This document shows, piece after piece, positions 1-9,074 of a DNA stretch of 64,000 nucleotides. The stretch is from Thalassobaculaceae bacterium. Lineage in GTDB: Bacteria; Pseudomonadota; Alphaproteobacteria; Thalassobaculales; Thalassobaculaceae. Both the position numbers and the translations under genes were made by a program. The notes beneath the pieces were generated by a model. The model did not search any database. It had not been told where the DNA came from and saw nothing but the letters and a program-made list of their open reading frames with translations. Position 1 is the first letter of the stretch; each line of letters starts with the position of its first letter. Where the stretch lies: positions 1,656,616 to 1,720,615 of the forward strand of contig OZ245843.1 of the NCBI GenBank assembly GCA_965228875.1, read 5' to 3'.

Positions 1-376
1 GTTCACAATCGCCGTTCGCCGCGCAGGTCAGGCAGTCCAGCGGGTGGTCGGAGATGTAGAGCTCCATCACCCCCTTGCGGATCTTCGCCAGGCGGTCGTT
101 CTGGGTGGTGACGACCATGCCGGCGCGCACCGGCGTGGTGCAGGAGGCGGGGGTTCCTTTGACCCCCTCGATCTCAACCAGGCACATCCGGCAGGAGCCC
201 CAGGAATCGAGCCGGTCGGTGGCGCAGAGCTTGGGGATAGGCCGCTCGACCTCGGCGGCGGCGCGCATGATCGAGGTGCCCTCCGGCACCGTCACCGCGA
301 CCCCGTCGATGGTCAGCGTCACCGGTGCGCCGTCCCGCGCCGGCGTGCCATAGTCCTTTTCCTTGAGAAGGGCCAT
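1..376 (-). CDS. fdsA: NAD-dependent formate dehydrogenase alpha subunit, N-terminal part (runs off the window)
   Basis: Not in the ORF track. Manual translation from ATG 376 gives MALLKEKDYGTP...VTLTIDG...IPKLCATD...GSCRMCLVEIEG...ASCTTPV...YISDHPLDCLTCAANGDCE, i.e. 2Fe-2S and 4Fe-4S motifs of FdsA/NuoG. Lies directly after fdsB. Confidence 0.92.
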   Translation of the reverse strand, partial: MALLKEKDYGTPARDGAPVTLTIDGVAVTVPEGTSIMRAAAEVERPIPKLCATDRLDSWGSCRMCLVEIEGVKGTPASCTTPVRAGMVVTTQNDRLAKIRKGVMELYISDHPLDCLTCAANGDCE

Positions 377-387
377 CCGTCGCTCTC

Positions 388-1941
388 CTACTCGGCCGCC
401 ATCTGGGGCGTGCGCTCAAAATCTTCCGGAAACAGACGCAGGGCCGAAAGCACCGGCATCGGCGTCAGTCCGCCCATCGCACAGAGCGAACCGTCGCGCA
501 TCGTCGCGCAGAGGTCGTCGATCAGTTCGAGGTTGGCGGCGACGTTCTCGCCGCGCTGAACCTTCTCCACGGTTTCCCTGCCCCTGACCGCGCCGATCCG
601 GCACGGCGTGCACTTGCCGCAGCTCTCGATCTCGCAGAATTCGAAGGCGAAGCGGGCCATGGCCGCCATGTCGACGCTATCGTCGAACACGACGACCCCG
701 CCATGGCCAAGCATCGCCTGGGCGCCGGCCAGCGCCTCGTAGTCCGTCTCCAGGTCCAGCATGGCGTCGTTCACGTAGGCGCCAAGCGGCCCGCCGACCT
801 GAGCGGCGCGGAATGGTCGGCCCGTCGCTGTGCCGCCGCCGAACTCCTCGACCAGCTCGCGCAGGGTGACGCCGAACGCCTTCTCCACCAGACCGCCGCG
901 CTTGATGTTGCCGGCGAGCTGGAACGGCTGGGTCCCGCGCGAGCGGCCCATGCCGAACTCCTTGTAGAAGCCCGCGCCCTTGGCGAGGATCAGCGGCACT
1001 GTGGCCAGAGTGAGCACGTTGTTGACCACGGTCGGCCTGCCGAACAGCCCGTGAATCGCCGGGATCGGCGGCTTCGCCCGAACCGTGCCGCGCTTGCCCT
1101 CGAGGCTCTCCAGCATCGAGGACTCCTCGCCGCAGATATAGGCACCGGCGCCACGACGGATATGCAGGCGGAAGACCCTGCCAGTGCCGCCGACGCTGTC
1201 GCCAAGCCAGCCGGCCTTCTCCAGGACCGCCGCCGCCTCGGTCATGGTCGCAATGGCGTCGGGATACTCGCTACGGATGTAGACGTAGCCGTCCTCCGCG
1301 CCGACCGCCAGGCCGGCGATGGTCATCCCCTCGATCAGAGTGAAGGGATCGCCCTCCATGATCATGCGGTCGGCGAAGGTGCCGCTGTCGCCCTCGTCGG
1401 CGTTGCAGCAGATGTATTTCTGGCCCGCCGGCTGGTCGTGCACCGTCTTCCATTTGATGCCGGCCGGGAAACCGGCGCCGCCACGTCCGCGCAGACCCGA
1501 CTCCAGCACGGTTTCGCAAACCGCGGCCCCGTCCATCTCCAGCGTCGCCCGCAGCCCGGCGAGACCGCCATGGGCCTCGTAGGCGGCGAGGTCCAGCGGA
1601 TCGATCACGCCGACCCGCGCGAAGGTCAGCCGTTCCTGATGCTTCAGGTACGGGATCTCCTCCGTCGGTCCCAAAGCAAGCGGATGGTCGCCGCCGGCAA
1701 GGAACCCGGCATCGAACAGCGACGCCACGTCCTGCGCGGACGCCGGGCCATAGGCGACGCGGCCGCAGGCGGTCTCGACCTCAACCAGCGGCTCGAGCCA
1801 GAACATCCCGCGCGATCCGTTGCGAACGATGGCCACCGCCTCGCCGCGTGCCTCGGCTTCGGCCGCGACCGCCCTGGCGACGGAGTCCGCACCGACGGAA
1901 CGGGCGGCAGAGTCTTTCGGCACATAGACGGTAACGGTCAT
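388..1941 (-). CDS. fdsB: Formate dehydrogenase beta subunit (NuoF-like, FMN/NADH, 4Fe-4S)
   Basis: SGLRGRGGAGFP, CNADEGDSGTF, GAGAYICGEE and ESCGKCTPCR motifs. Start MTVTVYVP overlaps the fdsG stop (ATGA). Confidence 0.95.
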   Translation of the reverse strand: MTVTVYVPKDSAARSVGADSVARAVAAEAEARGEAVAIVRNGSRGMFWLEPLVEVETACGRVAYGPASAQDVASLFDAGFLAGGDHPLALGPTEEIPYLKHQERLTFARVGVIDPLDLAAYEAHGGLAGLRATLEMDGAAVCETVLESGLRGRGGAGFPAGIKWKTVHDQPAGQKYICCNADEGDSGTFADRMIMEGDPFTLIEGMTIAGLAVGAEDGYVYIRSEYPDAIATMTEAAAVLEKAGWLGDSVGGTGRVFRLHIRRGAGAYICGEESSMLESLEGKRGTVRAKPPIPAIHGLFGRPTVVNNVLTLATVPLILAKGAGFYKEFGMGRSRGTQPFQLAGNIKRGGLVEKAFGVTLRELVEEFGGGTATGRPFRAAQVGGPLGAYVNDAMLDLETDYEALAGAQAMLGHGGVVVFDDSVDMAAMARFAFEFCEIESCGKCTPCRIGAVRGRETVEKVQRGENVAANLELIDDLCATMRDGSLCAMGGLTPMPVLSALRLFPEDFERTPQMAAE

Positions 1942-2426
1942 GACCGGGCCTCGCGAACGGCGGTGTCGAGACGGTCGGCGTCGACGCGGCCGACGAGTTT
2001 TCCGTTGACCAGGGCCGCCGGCGCCAGCGCACAGTTCCCCAGGCAATAGACCGGCTCTATCGTCACCCCGTCCTCAGAGGTCGCGCCGAGCGCAATGCCG
2101 CGCCGCGCACAGACCGCCTCGATCAGCGCCAGAGAGCCCATGGACTGGCAAGCCTCCGCCCGGCAGACCTTGACGACCACCGGGCCCGCCGGCGCGCGGC
2201 GGTAGTCGTGGTAGAAGCTGACGACGCCCTGGACTTCGGCGCGCGAGAGGTTCAGCGCGCTGGCGATCGCCGGCAGCGCCGCCTCGGCGACGAAACCGGC
2301 TTCGTCCTGGATGTCGTGCAGGATTTCCAGCAGCGCCGACGGGTCGTTTCCGTGGCGGGCGCAGACTGCCGTTGCCTCGACGCTTGCACCCGAACTGGTG
2401 CCGTCGGCATGGATCGGCTCGGTCAT
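1938..2426 (-). CDS. fdsG: Formate dehydrogenase gamma subunit (NuoE-like 2Fe-2S)
   Basis: LLEILHDIQ, GVVSFYHD, VCRAEAC and VYCLGNCALAP motifs. Confidence 0.93.
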   Translation of the reverse strand: MTEPIHADGTSSGASVEATAVCARHGNDPSALLEILHDIQDEAGFVAEAALPAIASALNLSRAEVQGVVSFYHDYRRAPAGPVVVKVCRAEACQSMGSLALIEAVCARRGIALGATSEDGVTIEPVYCLGNCALAPAALVNGKLVGRVDADRLDTAVREARS

Positions 2427-2532
2427 CCGTGTCTGTCTCCCACTCGAACCCACTGTCGACCGACACGGCGCAGTGTGACAGTCACAGTGGGAGCGGCGGG
2501 ATTCCCCGTCAAATCGGATGACCCGATGTACT

Positions 2533-2549
2533 CATAGGCGCGCTCTATG
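2533..2549. promoter_or_regulatory. LysR-type T-N11-A operator upstream of fdsG
   Basis: Palindrome CATAG-gcgcgct-CTATG about 110 bp upstream of the fdsG start, with a LysR gene nearby. Confidence 0.6.
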
Positions 2550-2576
2550 GTGCGGTGCGGAAATCACTCATCAGAA

Positions 2577-3425
2577 TCACCACTTATGATCGGCGACCAA
2601 TTTCGCGAAGATCGAATTCAAATCGTCTCTCAAAAAATAGAAGTCATCATACGACAAGGGTGGAACTGGGTATTCACCGAACCGGCTAACAGGGTGTAGT
2701 GTTCTGATTCTATCTTCGTAATACTCTTCAAAATATCGCATTTCTTTTGAATTATTATTAAACTGTTCGTTGATAAATCTACCAGCATCAATTGAACTTG
2801 GGTTTTTTATTCCGCTCTCTTTCAAGAGTCGCAATACCAACTGAAATGACGCGTCCAGTGCTATATAAAGACTCATAATCGCAAGATCACTAAATTCGTA
2901 GTGTGTATATAACATATCCGCCTTTAGCAACGCCCCAAGTCCGCGAACTAGCGCGTAGTTATTTCGATCTACCGAACAAAAAATTTTCCCGCACAATGAG
3001 AGATCTATCGGGTATTCATGGTATACATATGACACTTTGCTATATTTTTTTGGAAGAATTGAGTTCTTGAGAGAAAAACTACTGATATTTCTTCCTAGAA
3101 TCTCAAATAATTTTTCTTCTGCTATTTCATTAGATATTTTTTTCTCCTCGAGATCTACATGAATTGGAAGCGGATACGAATAAATCATTCCGTGATCGAC
3201 ATGCAAAGACATACTCAATGATTGATATGCAATACATTCTTCAATATCCAAGAACTCTGTTTCAGAATAAAACTCGCGAGGATCGGGTTTTTCTTTCGTC
3301 AATTGAATTATTGAATAACAAATATCACTCCCAACGACAATCCTAAATCTCTCAAATTCAATCGATTCACTAGGATATCGTCCACGTGGAGACAACGGGC
3401 GAATTCGGAGTAATTTAGAACACAT
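2577..3425 (-). CDS. AT-rich orphan protein with a C-terminal HEPN-like domain (putative ribonuclease)
   Basis: 282-aa ORF with GC about 30-40% (two 60-nt lines counted: 28% and 42%). Helical C-terminus with LYIALDA and YYEDRIRTLHP (R239-x4-H244). Confidence 0.7.
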   Translation of the reverse strand: MCSKLLRIRPLSPRGRYPSESIEFERFRIVVGSDICYSIIQLTKEKPDPREFYSETEFLDIEECIAYQSLSMSLHVDHGMIYSYPLPIHVDLEEKKISNEIAEEKLFEILGRNISSFSLKNSILPKKYSKVSYVYHEYPIDLSLCGKIFCSVDRNNYALVRGLGALLKADMLYTHYEFSDLAIMSLYIALDASFQLVLRLLKESGIKNPSSIDAGRFINEQFNNNSKEMRYFEEYYEDRIRTLHPVSRFGEYPVPPLSYDDFYFLRDDLNSIFAKLVADHKW

Positions 3426-3443
3426 AGTAGATTTTCCAACCCG

Positions 3444-4346
3444 TCATATCTCTTCAATAGCTGCCTCCGGATACCCTTCCGCCGCCTCCAGCAGCGCCTC
3501 CACCAGCGGCGACATCGGTTCCCGTTCCAGCGCGACCACACCGATCGTGTGCTCCACCACCGGCTCCACCAGCGGGATCGCGCGCAGGCCGGCGCCCGTG
3601 CCGATGACCCGTGACAAGGCCTCAGGCAGCACGCTGACCAGGCCGGCCGTCTGAACGTATGCGCACAGGTTCACAACCGAATTGCTTTCGATCTCCGGAT
3701 ACGGCTGGCAGTTGGCGCGGGCGAAGGCGCGGTCGATGATCCGGCGGTTCTGCATGTCGGGGGTCAGGGCGCAAAGCGGATACGCGGCCGCCTCGGCCCA
3801 GCCCACGGTTTCGCGGCCGGCCAGCGCATGGTCGCTCCTGACCATCAGCCTGTAGCGTTCGCGGTACAGCGGGCGGGCGGCGGAGATGTCGACCGGCTCG
3901 CTGTCCAGGTAGGTGATCCCGGCATCGATGGCGAACTCGGCCAGGTGACGCTCGATCTCCTTCGACGACTGGGAGCGGATATTGAAGGTCAGCTTCGGGA
4001 ACCGCCGGCGCAGGAGTTCGGTCAGAGGCGGCACGGCGGCCAGGGCGGAGGGGATGACGCCGAGGACCATCCGTCCCTCCGGAGCGCCGGACAAAGCCGC
4101 CAGGTCGTCGCGCAGGCTATCGCAGTCTTCCAGGATGCGTTGAGCCCATTTCAGGATGTGCTGACCCTCGTTGGTCAGGCCGATATAGCGCTGACCGCGC
4201 AGCACAATCGGCACGCCGAGTTCCTGTTCGAGCTGCCGGATACGTCCCGACAGGGTCGGCTGGGTGACACCGCAAGCCTCGGCGGCCCGGGTGAAGTGTT
4301 CCTCGCGAGCCAGGGCGACAAGGTACTGGAGCTGCCGGATATCCAT
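3444..4346 (-). CDS. LysR-family transcriptional regulator, probable regulator of the fds operon
   Basis: HTH MDIRQLQYLVALAREEHFTRAAEACGVTQPTLS plus a LysR substrate-binding domain. Adjacent to fdsGBA. Confidence 0.92.
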   Translation of the reverse strand: MDIRQLQYLVALAREEHFTRAAEACGVTQPTLSGRIRQLEQELGVPIVLRGQRYIGLTNEGQHILKWAQRILEDCDSLRDDLAALSGAPEGRMVLGVIPSALAAVPPLTELLRRRFPKLTFNIRSQSSKEIERHLAEFAIDAGITYLDSEPVDISAARPLYRERYRLMVRSDHALAGRETVGWAEAAAYPLCALTPDMQNRRIIDRAFARANCQPYPEIESNSVVNLCAYVQTAGLVSVLPEALSRVIGTGAGLRAIPLVEPVVEHTIGVVALEREPMSPLVEALLEAAEGYPEAAIEEI

Positions 4347-4398
4347 GCGTGGGCGCTCCAGAAAACGCGGAGCGCAGGTCGCTCCGGGGAACGGGGAC

Positions 4399-4435
4399 GG
4401 GCCGCGCGCCGTCGGGGACAAACGGCGCGCGACCC
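4399..4435 (-). terminator. GC-rich hairpin after degP, possible terminator
   Basis: Stem cgcgcgccgt (4403-4412) / acggcgcgcg (4422-4431) just after the degP stop. No strong U-tract. Confidence 0.4.
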
Positions 4436-4451
4436 TAAGGGTGCCGGGAAC

Positions 4452-5912
4452 TCACACGTCGCGCAACGGCACCGCCACGTAGCGCTGCTGGCCATCGCGA
4501 CGGACGAGCAGCAGCACGGACTTGCGGTCGGCGGAGCTGGCGGCGTCGATCGCGCTGCGGGCCTCCCGCGCGGTCTTCACCGGCGCCTGGCCGACCGCGG
4601 CGATCACGTCGCCTCGGCGAAGCTCTCCGGCACCGTCCGGGGCGACTGACAGCACCACCGCCCCCTCTTCCCGGTCGCCCAGGGTCACGCCGAGCGGCGC
4701 GACCTCGACACTGTCGGCACCTCCGGGCTTGGCGGCGGCGACGATCTCCTCGCGCGGGTATTTCCCGACGGTGACCGACAGGTCCCGACCGGTTCCGTCG
4801 CGCCACACCGTGACATTGGCGCTGTCGCCCGGGTCGGTGTCGGCCACGGCGCGGGTCAGGTCGCGCACCTCGTCGACCGTGGCGTCACCGAAGCGCAGAA
4901 TCACGTCGCCCGCGCGCAGCCCCGCCTTGCCCGCCGGACCGTCGGGATCGACATCGGCCACCAGAGCGCCATCGGCCGCGCCGAGGCCGAGGCTGTCGGC
5001 GATCTCCGGCGTTACCGGCTGGATCCGGACGCCGATGAAGCCGCGCTCCACGGTTCCCTTCTCCAGGATCTCGGCCACGATCGCCTTCGCCTGATTGGCC
5101 GGGACCGCGAAGCCGAGACCGATGTTGCCGCCGTTGGGCGAGAAGATCGCCGTGTTCATGCCGACGACCCGGCCCTCGGTGTCGAACAGCGGGCCACCGG
5201 AATTGCCGCGGTTGATCGCCGCGTCGACCTGGATGAAATCGTCGTAGGGGCCGGCATTGATGTCGCGGCCGCGTGCCGAGACGATGCCGGAGGTGACGGT
5301 GCCGCCCAGCCCGAACGGGTTGCCGATCGCGACGACCCAGTCGCCGACCTCGATCCGATCGGAATCGCCCCACGGCACCGCCGGCAGCGGGGCATCGCTG
5401 TCGACCTTCACCACCGCGACGTCGGTCTTCGGGTCGTGGCCGACCACGGAGGCCGCGAGTTCCGTGCCGTCATCGAGGACCACGGTGATCTCCTCGGCGC
5501 CGTCGATCACGTGGTTGTTGGTCACGATGATCCCCTCGGCGTCGATGATGAAGCCGGAGCCGATGCCGCGCGCCTCGCGGGGCGCGGGCCGAGGCCCCTG
5601 CTGCGGACCCTCCCCGCCGAACGGTGTCTGACCACCGAAGAACTTGTCGAAGAAGTCGCGCAGCGGATGGCCGGGCGGCAGATCGGGGATCTGCTGGCCC
5701 CCGGTCGCGGCCGCCGGGCCGCTGGCGGTGGTCAGGATCGTGACGACGGCCGGCTTGGCCTGGCGGACCAGGTCGGCGAAGGAACCGGGAAGCTCGCCAT
5801 GGGCCTCGGCGGTGCCCGGCGCGAAGATCGGCTGAACAGCGAGTGGGGCGGCGACCAGCGCGGTCGCCAGGAGAGCCGCGCGGATCCCCGCACGGGCTTT
5901 CGTTTGGGTCAT
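4452..5912 (-). CDS. degP: Do/DegP/DegQ periplasmic serine protease with two PDZ domains
   Basis: Signal peptide, GSGFII, TNNHV, DVAV and AINRGNSGGPL (catalytic triad), followed by PDZ domains. Confidence 0.93.
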   Translation of the reverse strand: MTQTKARAGIRAALLATALVAAPLAVQPIFAPGTAEAHGELPGSFADLVRQAKPAVVTILTTASGPAAATGGQQIPDLPPGHPLRDFFDKFFGGQTPFGGEGPQQGPRPAPREARGIGSGFIIDAEGIIVTNNHVIDGAEEITVVLDDGTELAASVVGHDPKTDVAVVKVDSDAPLPAVPWGDSDRIEVGDWVVAIGNPFGLGGTVTSGIVSARGRDINAGPYDDFIQVDAAINRGNSGGPLFDTEGRVVGMNTAIFSPNGGNIGLGFAVPANQAKAIVAEILEKGTVERGFIGVRIQPVTPEIADSLGLGAADGALVADVDPDGPAGKAGLRAGDVILRFGDATVDEVRDLTRAVADTDPGDSANVTVWRDGTGRDLSVTVGKYPREEIVAAAKPGGADSVEVAPLGVTLGDREEGAVVLSVAPDGAGELRRGDVIAAVGQAPVKTAREARSAIDAASSADRKSVLLLVRRDGQQRYVAVPLRDV

Positions 5913-6132
5913 GTCTCAGTCTCCTCCATCGATCAGCGGGGCAAGGCAAAACGGACGTCGCCTCTGCCGTCTTCCGGAGAGGTAGACACCGATCGGTACG
6001 CGAGCCGGACGAAGGTTGGGCAATTTCGCGGCAGATGTGGCATCAGGGTGTCAAACGGCGCCGGATGCGCTAAGGCAACGTCCCACGGCGCCACCACGCC
6101 AAACGGAAGGAGTCTGGGAAGGCCGCGGGACG

Positions 6133-6738
6133 ATGACCGGTCAGACAGCCAAGAACAGCGTCAGACTGCTGGAAACACTGACGACCACCGCCTGCATCGA
6201 CTTCACGCAGGCCTGGCTGGAATGGCGCGGCGACGCCGTCCTGCCGCATCGCGGTCAGGTCCGACTGGAACAGATCGCCCGGCACCTGCGGTGGCTCAGC
6301 GTCATGGAGATCCGCTCGACCGAGGAGATGATCTTCCGTGTGGTCGGAACCGCGATCAACGACACCCGGGGGCGGGAACTGACCGGCACCAACCTCAAGG
6401 ACCTGTCGAGGGCCGAGGACTGGCCCAAACGATCGGCGATCAATTGGGAACTGGCGCACCGGCCCGCCGGCCTGACCTTCCGGATCCTGTTCGAGTACAC
6501 GATCGGTCCGCCGGTCCATTCGGAGTATGTCTGCCTGCCAGTCCTGGCCGATACGCCGGACGCTCCGACCCAGCTGTTCACGATCCGCGAGCCGGTCGAA
6601 GACGTGAGCCTGTGTCTGCCGCAACTGGATGCGCGCTACAACCATGTCGGCGACGGCAACCGTTTCGTCGATCTCGGAAACGGCACGCCCGATCTCGCCC
6701 TGCTTCCGGAGCCCGTCGCGAGCCTGTCGATCGAGTGA
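6133..6738 (+). CDS. Stand-alone PAS_5 (DUF1457-like) domain protein
   Basis: Pattern W..WRG...LP.R....L...FRVVGT...G.ELTG...LPV, typical of alphaproteobacterial PAS_5 proteins. Confidence 0.7.
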   Translation: MTGQTAKNSVRLLETLTTTACIDFTQAWLEWRGDAVLPHRGQVRLEQIARHLRWLSVMEIRSTEEMIFRVVGTAINDTRGRELTGTNLKDLSRAEDWPKRSAINWELAHRPAGLTFRILFEYTIGPPVHSEYVCLPVLADTPDAPTQLFTIREPVEDVSLCLPQLDARYNHVGDGNRFVDLGNGTPDLALLPEPVASLSIE

Positions 6739-6750
6739 CAGCTCCGCCTG

Positions 6751-7290
6751 TCAGAACGACTGGCTGAAATGCTCGGCAACGCCGAGCAACCGGGACACCG
6801 AGCCACCGGGCACCGACGCCATCGGCATTACGATGGTCTCGTACCACAGTCGGCGCCCTGACCGGTCGCGGTAGGCGATCCTCTGGACCGCCGGCGCCGA
6901 CGTCTCGCTTGCCAGTTCATACAGTCGGATCAATGTCCGCTGACTGCCCTGCCCGGCGATATCTGAGAGCCGACGCCCGGTGTTATCGGCCTCGGTATGC
7001 GAAACGACGTCCGTGCCGATCAGGCGATAGGAGAAGTCCCGGCCCACATCTGAACCGATCAGGTCGACCAGATAGACGTAGGGCAGGACCGACAGCAGCC
7101 TTTCCGGCGTGAAGTCCGAGGCGAGCGGCAGTTCGCCCTGCCCCGCCGTCCCCCGCCAGATCTGGTAGCCCCGGACGACGACCGGCGAGATGAGATCTCC
7201 TTCGTCGACGACCGTTCGGCCGAACTCCTCGGTGATCGCCTGAACCGGCGAGTGCTTTCTCAGGGTCGAGTGTAGTGGACCGATCCGCAT
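6751..7290 (-). CDS. Stand-alone PAS_5 (DUF1457-like) domain protein
   Basis: YQIWRG..GELP...FTPE...LPYVYLVD...FSYRLIGT...TGRRL...ETIVMPM...LLG. Confidence 0.75.
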   Translation of the reverse strand: MRIGPLHSTLRKHSPVQAITEEFGRTVVDEGDLISPVVVRGYQIWRGTAGQGELPLASDFTPERLLSVLPYVYLVDLIGSDVGRDFSYRLIGTDVVSHTEADNTGRRLSDIAGQGSQRTLIRLYELASETSAPAVQRIAYRDRSGRRLWYETIVMPMASVPGGSVSRLLGVAEHFSQSF

Positions 7291-7364
7291 ATGAGACCCA
7301 AGCCGATGGAGACGTTGCCGGCAGCCGCATGAATGCCGACAATTTGCCGGACTTTAGCGAGACA

Positions 7365-7372
7365 ATGGTTAA
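7365..7372 (-). promoter_or_regulatory. CtrA-like half site TTAACCAT
   Basis: atggttaa on the + strand reads TTAACCAT on the - strand, about 75 bp upstream of the PAS gene at 7290. Confidence 0.35.
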
Positions 7373-7506
7373 GAAAACCCTTACACCCGCATACGCGATT
7401 GCTCCCGATTGGAGTGTGCAATGGCTCGCCATCATCTCGATTTCCTTGCACTATGGTCGCCGACTTGGGTTGGAGACGACCACCGACGGGGATGCGGGAG
7501 GGGTGC

Positions 7507-8271
7507 ATGGGAGACGGCAACATGGCGGGCAAGATCGCTGAAATCCTGGGATTGCTGGCGGTCCTGTCCCTGCTGATCGAAGTGGCGCTGTCGGTTCTGT
7601 TCAACTGGCGCGGCTGGATCGTGTTCTTCGAGGGACGAGGTCTCAAGGCGGTCGTGAACTTCGCCGTCTGCCTGGTCGTCGTGATCAATGGCGATATCAA
7701 GGGCGTCAACGCGGTGATCGCCGCCTGGCCCGGAGGCGGCGACCCGTTCCCACACTATCTCGACATCGTGCTGACCGCCCTGTTGCTCGCCGGCGGCAGC
7801 AACACCCTGAATCAGCTGTTTCAGGCGTTCGGGCTCCGGGATCCGATCAAGGCCGTCGACCGAAAGAAGCTGATGGTCGACCGGGCGACATTCTCCCTGG
7901 AGATCGGTCGCAGCCTCGGCGACGGCGGCGCGCCGCTGGTCGCAGATCAGGTGCAGCTTCTCGTCAACGGCCGGGCGCGAACCACCATGGCCTTCGCCGG
8001 CGACGCCGGAACGCTGACGTTTCCGTCCGGACTGATGCAGCGGTTCCGCGGCTATACGATCGTCCAACCCGGCCCCGCCACGATCCAGGTATGGGGCCAG
8101 ACACCGGACGGAAAGGACGTCTACGACGAGACCACGGTCAATTTCGCGCCGCGCGGCGTGGTCACGCTGCGGATGCGCCTCGACCCGACGGCCGAGGAAA
8201 ACGACCACCGGCCGGCGGAGAGAGCAACGCCTCCGGCCGCATCGGACCGGCCTACAAGGAGCACTCAATGA
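7507..8271 (+). CDS. Hypothetical membrane protein (about 3 N-terminal TM helices plus a soluble beta-rich C-terminus)
   Basis: Hydrophobic segments ending in LTALLLAGGSNTLNQLF. RBS GGGAGGGG before ATG 7507. ATGA overlap with the next gene. Confidence 0.7.
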   Translation: MGDGNMAGKIAEILGLLAVLSLLIEVALSVLFNWRGWIVFFEGRGLKAVVNFAVCLVVVINGDIKGVNAVIAAWPGGGDPFPHYLDIVLTALLLAGGSNTLNQLFQAFGLRDPIKAVDRKKLMVDRATFSLEIGRSLGDGGAPLVADQVQLLVNGRARTTMAFAGDAGTLTFPSGLMQRFRGYTIVQPGPATIQVWGQTPDGKDVYDETTVNFAPRGVVTLRMRLDPTAEENDHRPAERATPPAASDRPTRSTQ

Positions 8272-9065
8272 ACCTGGACCTGACCGGAAAGACCGCACTG
8301 ATCACCGGCTCGACGCGCGGCATCGGACTGGCGTCGGCCAAGGGCCTGGCGGCGATGGGCGCCGAGGTGATCGTCAACGGGCGCAGCGAGGCCGCCGTCG
8401 CCGAGGCGATCGAGGCGGTCCGGGCCGTCGCAGGTTCCGCCGTTCTGCATGGCCAGGTCGCCGATCTTGGAACCGCCGAGGGGTGCGCGACGTTGATCGA
8501 GGCGTTTGCGAGCGTCGACATCCTGGTGAACAACATGGGGATCTACGGGCCGAAACCGTTCTTCGAGATCGACGACGCCGGCTGGCAGGAGATGTTCGAG
8601 GTCAATGTCATGAGCGGCGTGCGCCTGACCCGGCACTACCTCCGGGACATGCTCGACACCAAGGACTGGGGACGGGTCGTCTTCGTCTCCAGCGAGTCCG
8701 GTATCGTCATTCCCAAGGAGATGGTGCATTACGGCTTCTCCAAGGGTGCCCAGCTCACCATCGCGCGGGGCGCCGCGGAGCTGACGAAGGGCACCGGGAT
8801 CACGGTCAACTCGGTGCTCCCGGGTCCGACCTGGGTCGAGGCCCAGTCCGAGCGGCTGGCCGCCCGCGCCGAGGCTCAGGCGACCACCGTGGAGGCACTC
8901 AAGGCGGCAACCTTCACCGAGCGCCGGCCAAGTTCGCTGCTGCAGCGGTACACGACGCCGGAGGAGGTGGCCAACATGATCTGCTACGTCTGCTCGCCGG
9001 CATCCAGCGCCACCAACGGGGCCGCCCTGCGCGTCGAGGGCGGGATCGTGGTTAATCCGTTTTAA
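8268..9065 (+). CDS. Short-chain dehydrogenase/reductase
   Basis: TGSTRGIG, ILVNNMG, catalytic YGFSK (YxxxK) and NSVLPGPT. Confidence 0.93.
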   Translation: MNLDLTGKTALITGSTRGIGLASAKGLAAMGAEVIVNGRSEAAVAEAIEAVRAVAGSAVLHGQVADLGTAEGCATLIEAFASVDILVNNMGIYGPKPFFEIDDAGWQEMFEVNVMSGVRLTRHYLRDMLDTKDWGRVVFVSSESGIVIPKEMVHYGFSKGAQLTIARGAAELTKGTGITVNSVLPGPTWVEAQSERLAARAEAQATTVEALKAATFTERRPSSLLQRYTTPEEVANMICYVCSPASSATNGAALRVEGGIVVNPF

Positions 9066-9074
9066 CCAACAGCT

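Noticed and set aside
2560..3460. IS element, integron cassette or prophage remnant as the source of the AT-rich segment
   Set aside because: No transposase or integrase, terminal inverted repeats, target duplication or attC-like structure could be seen.
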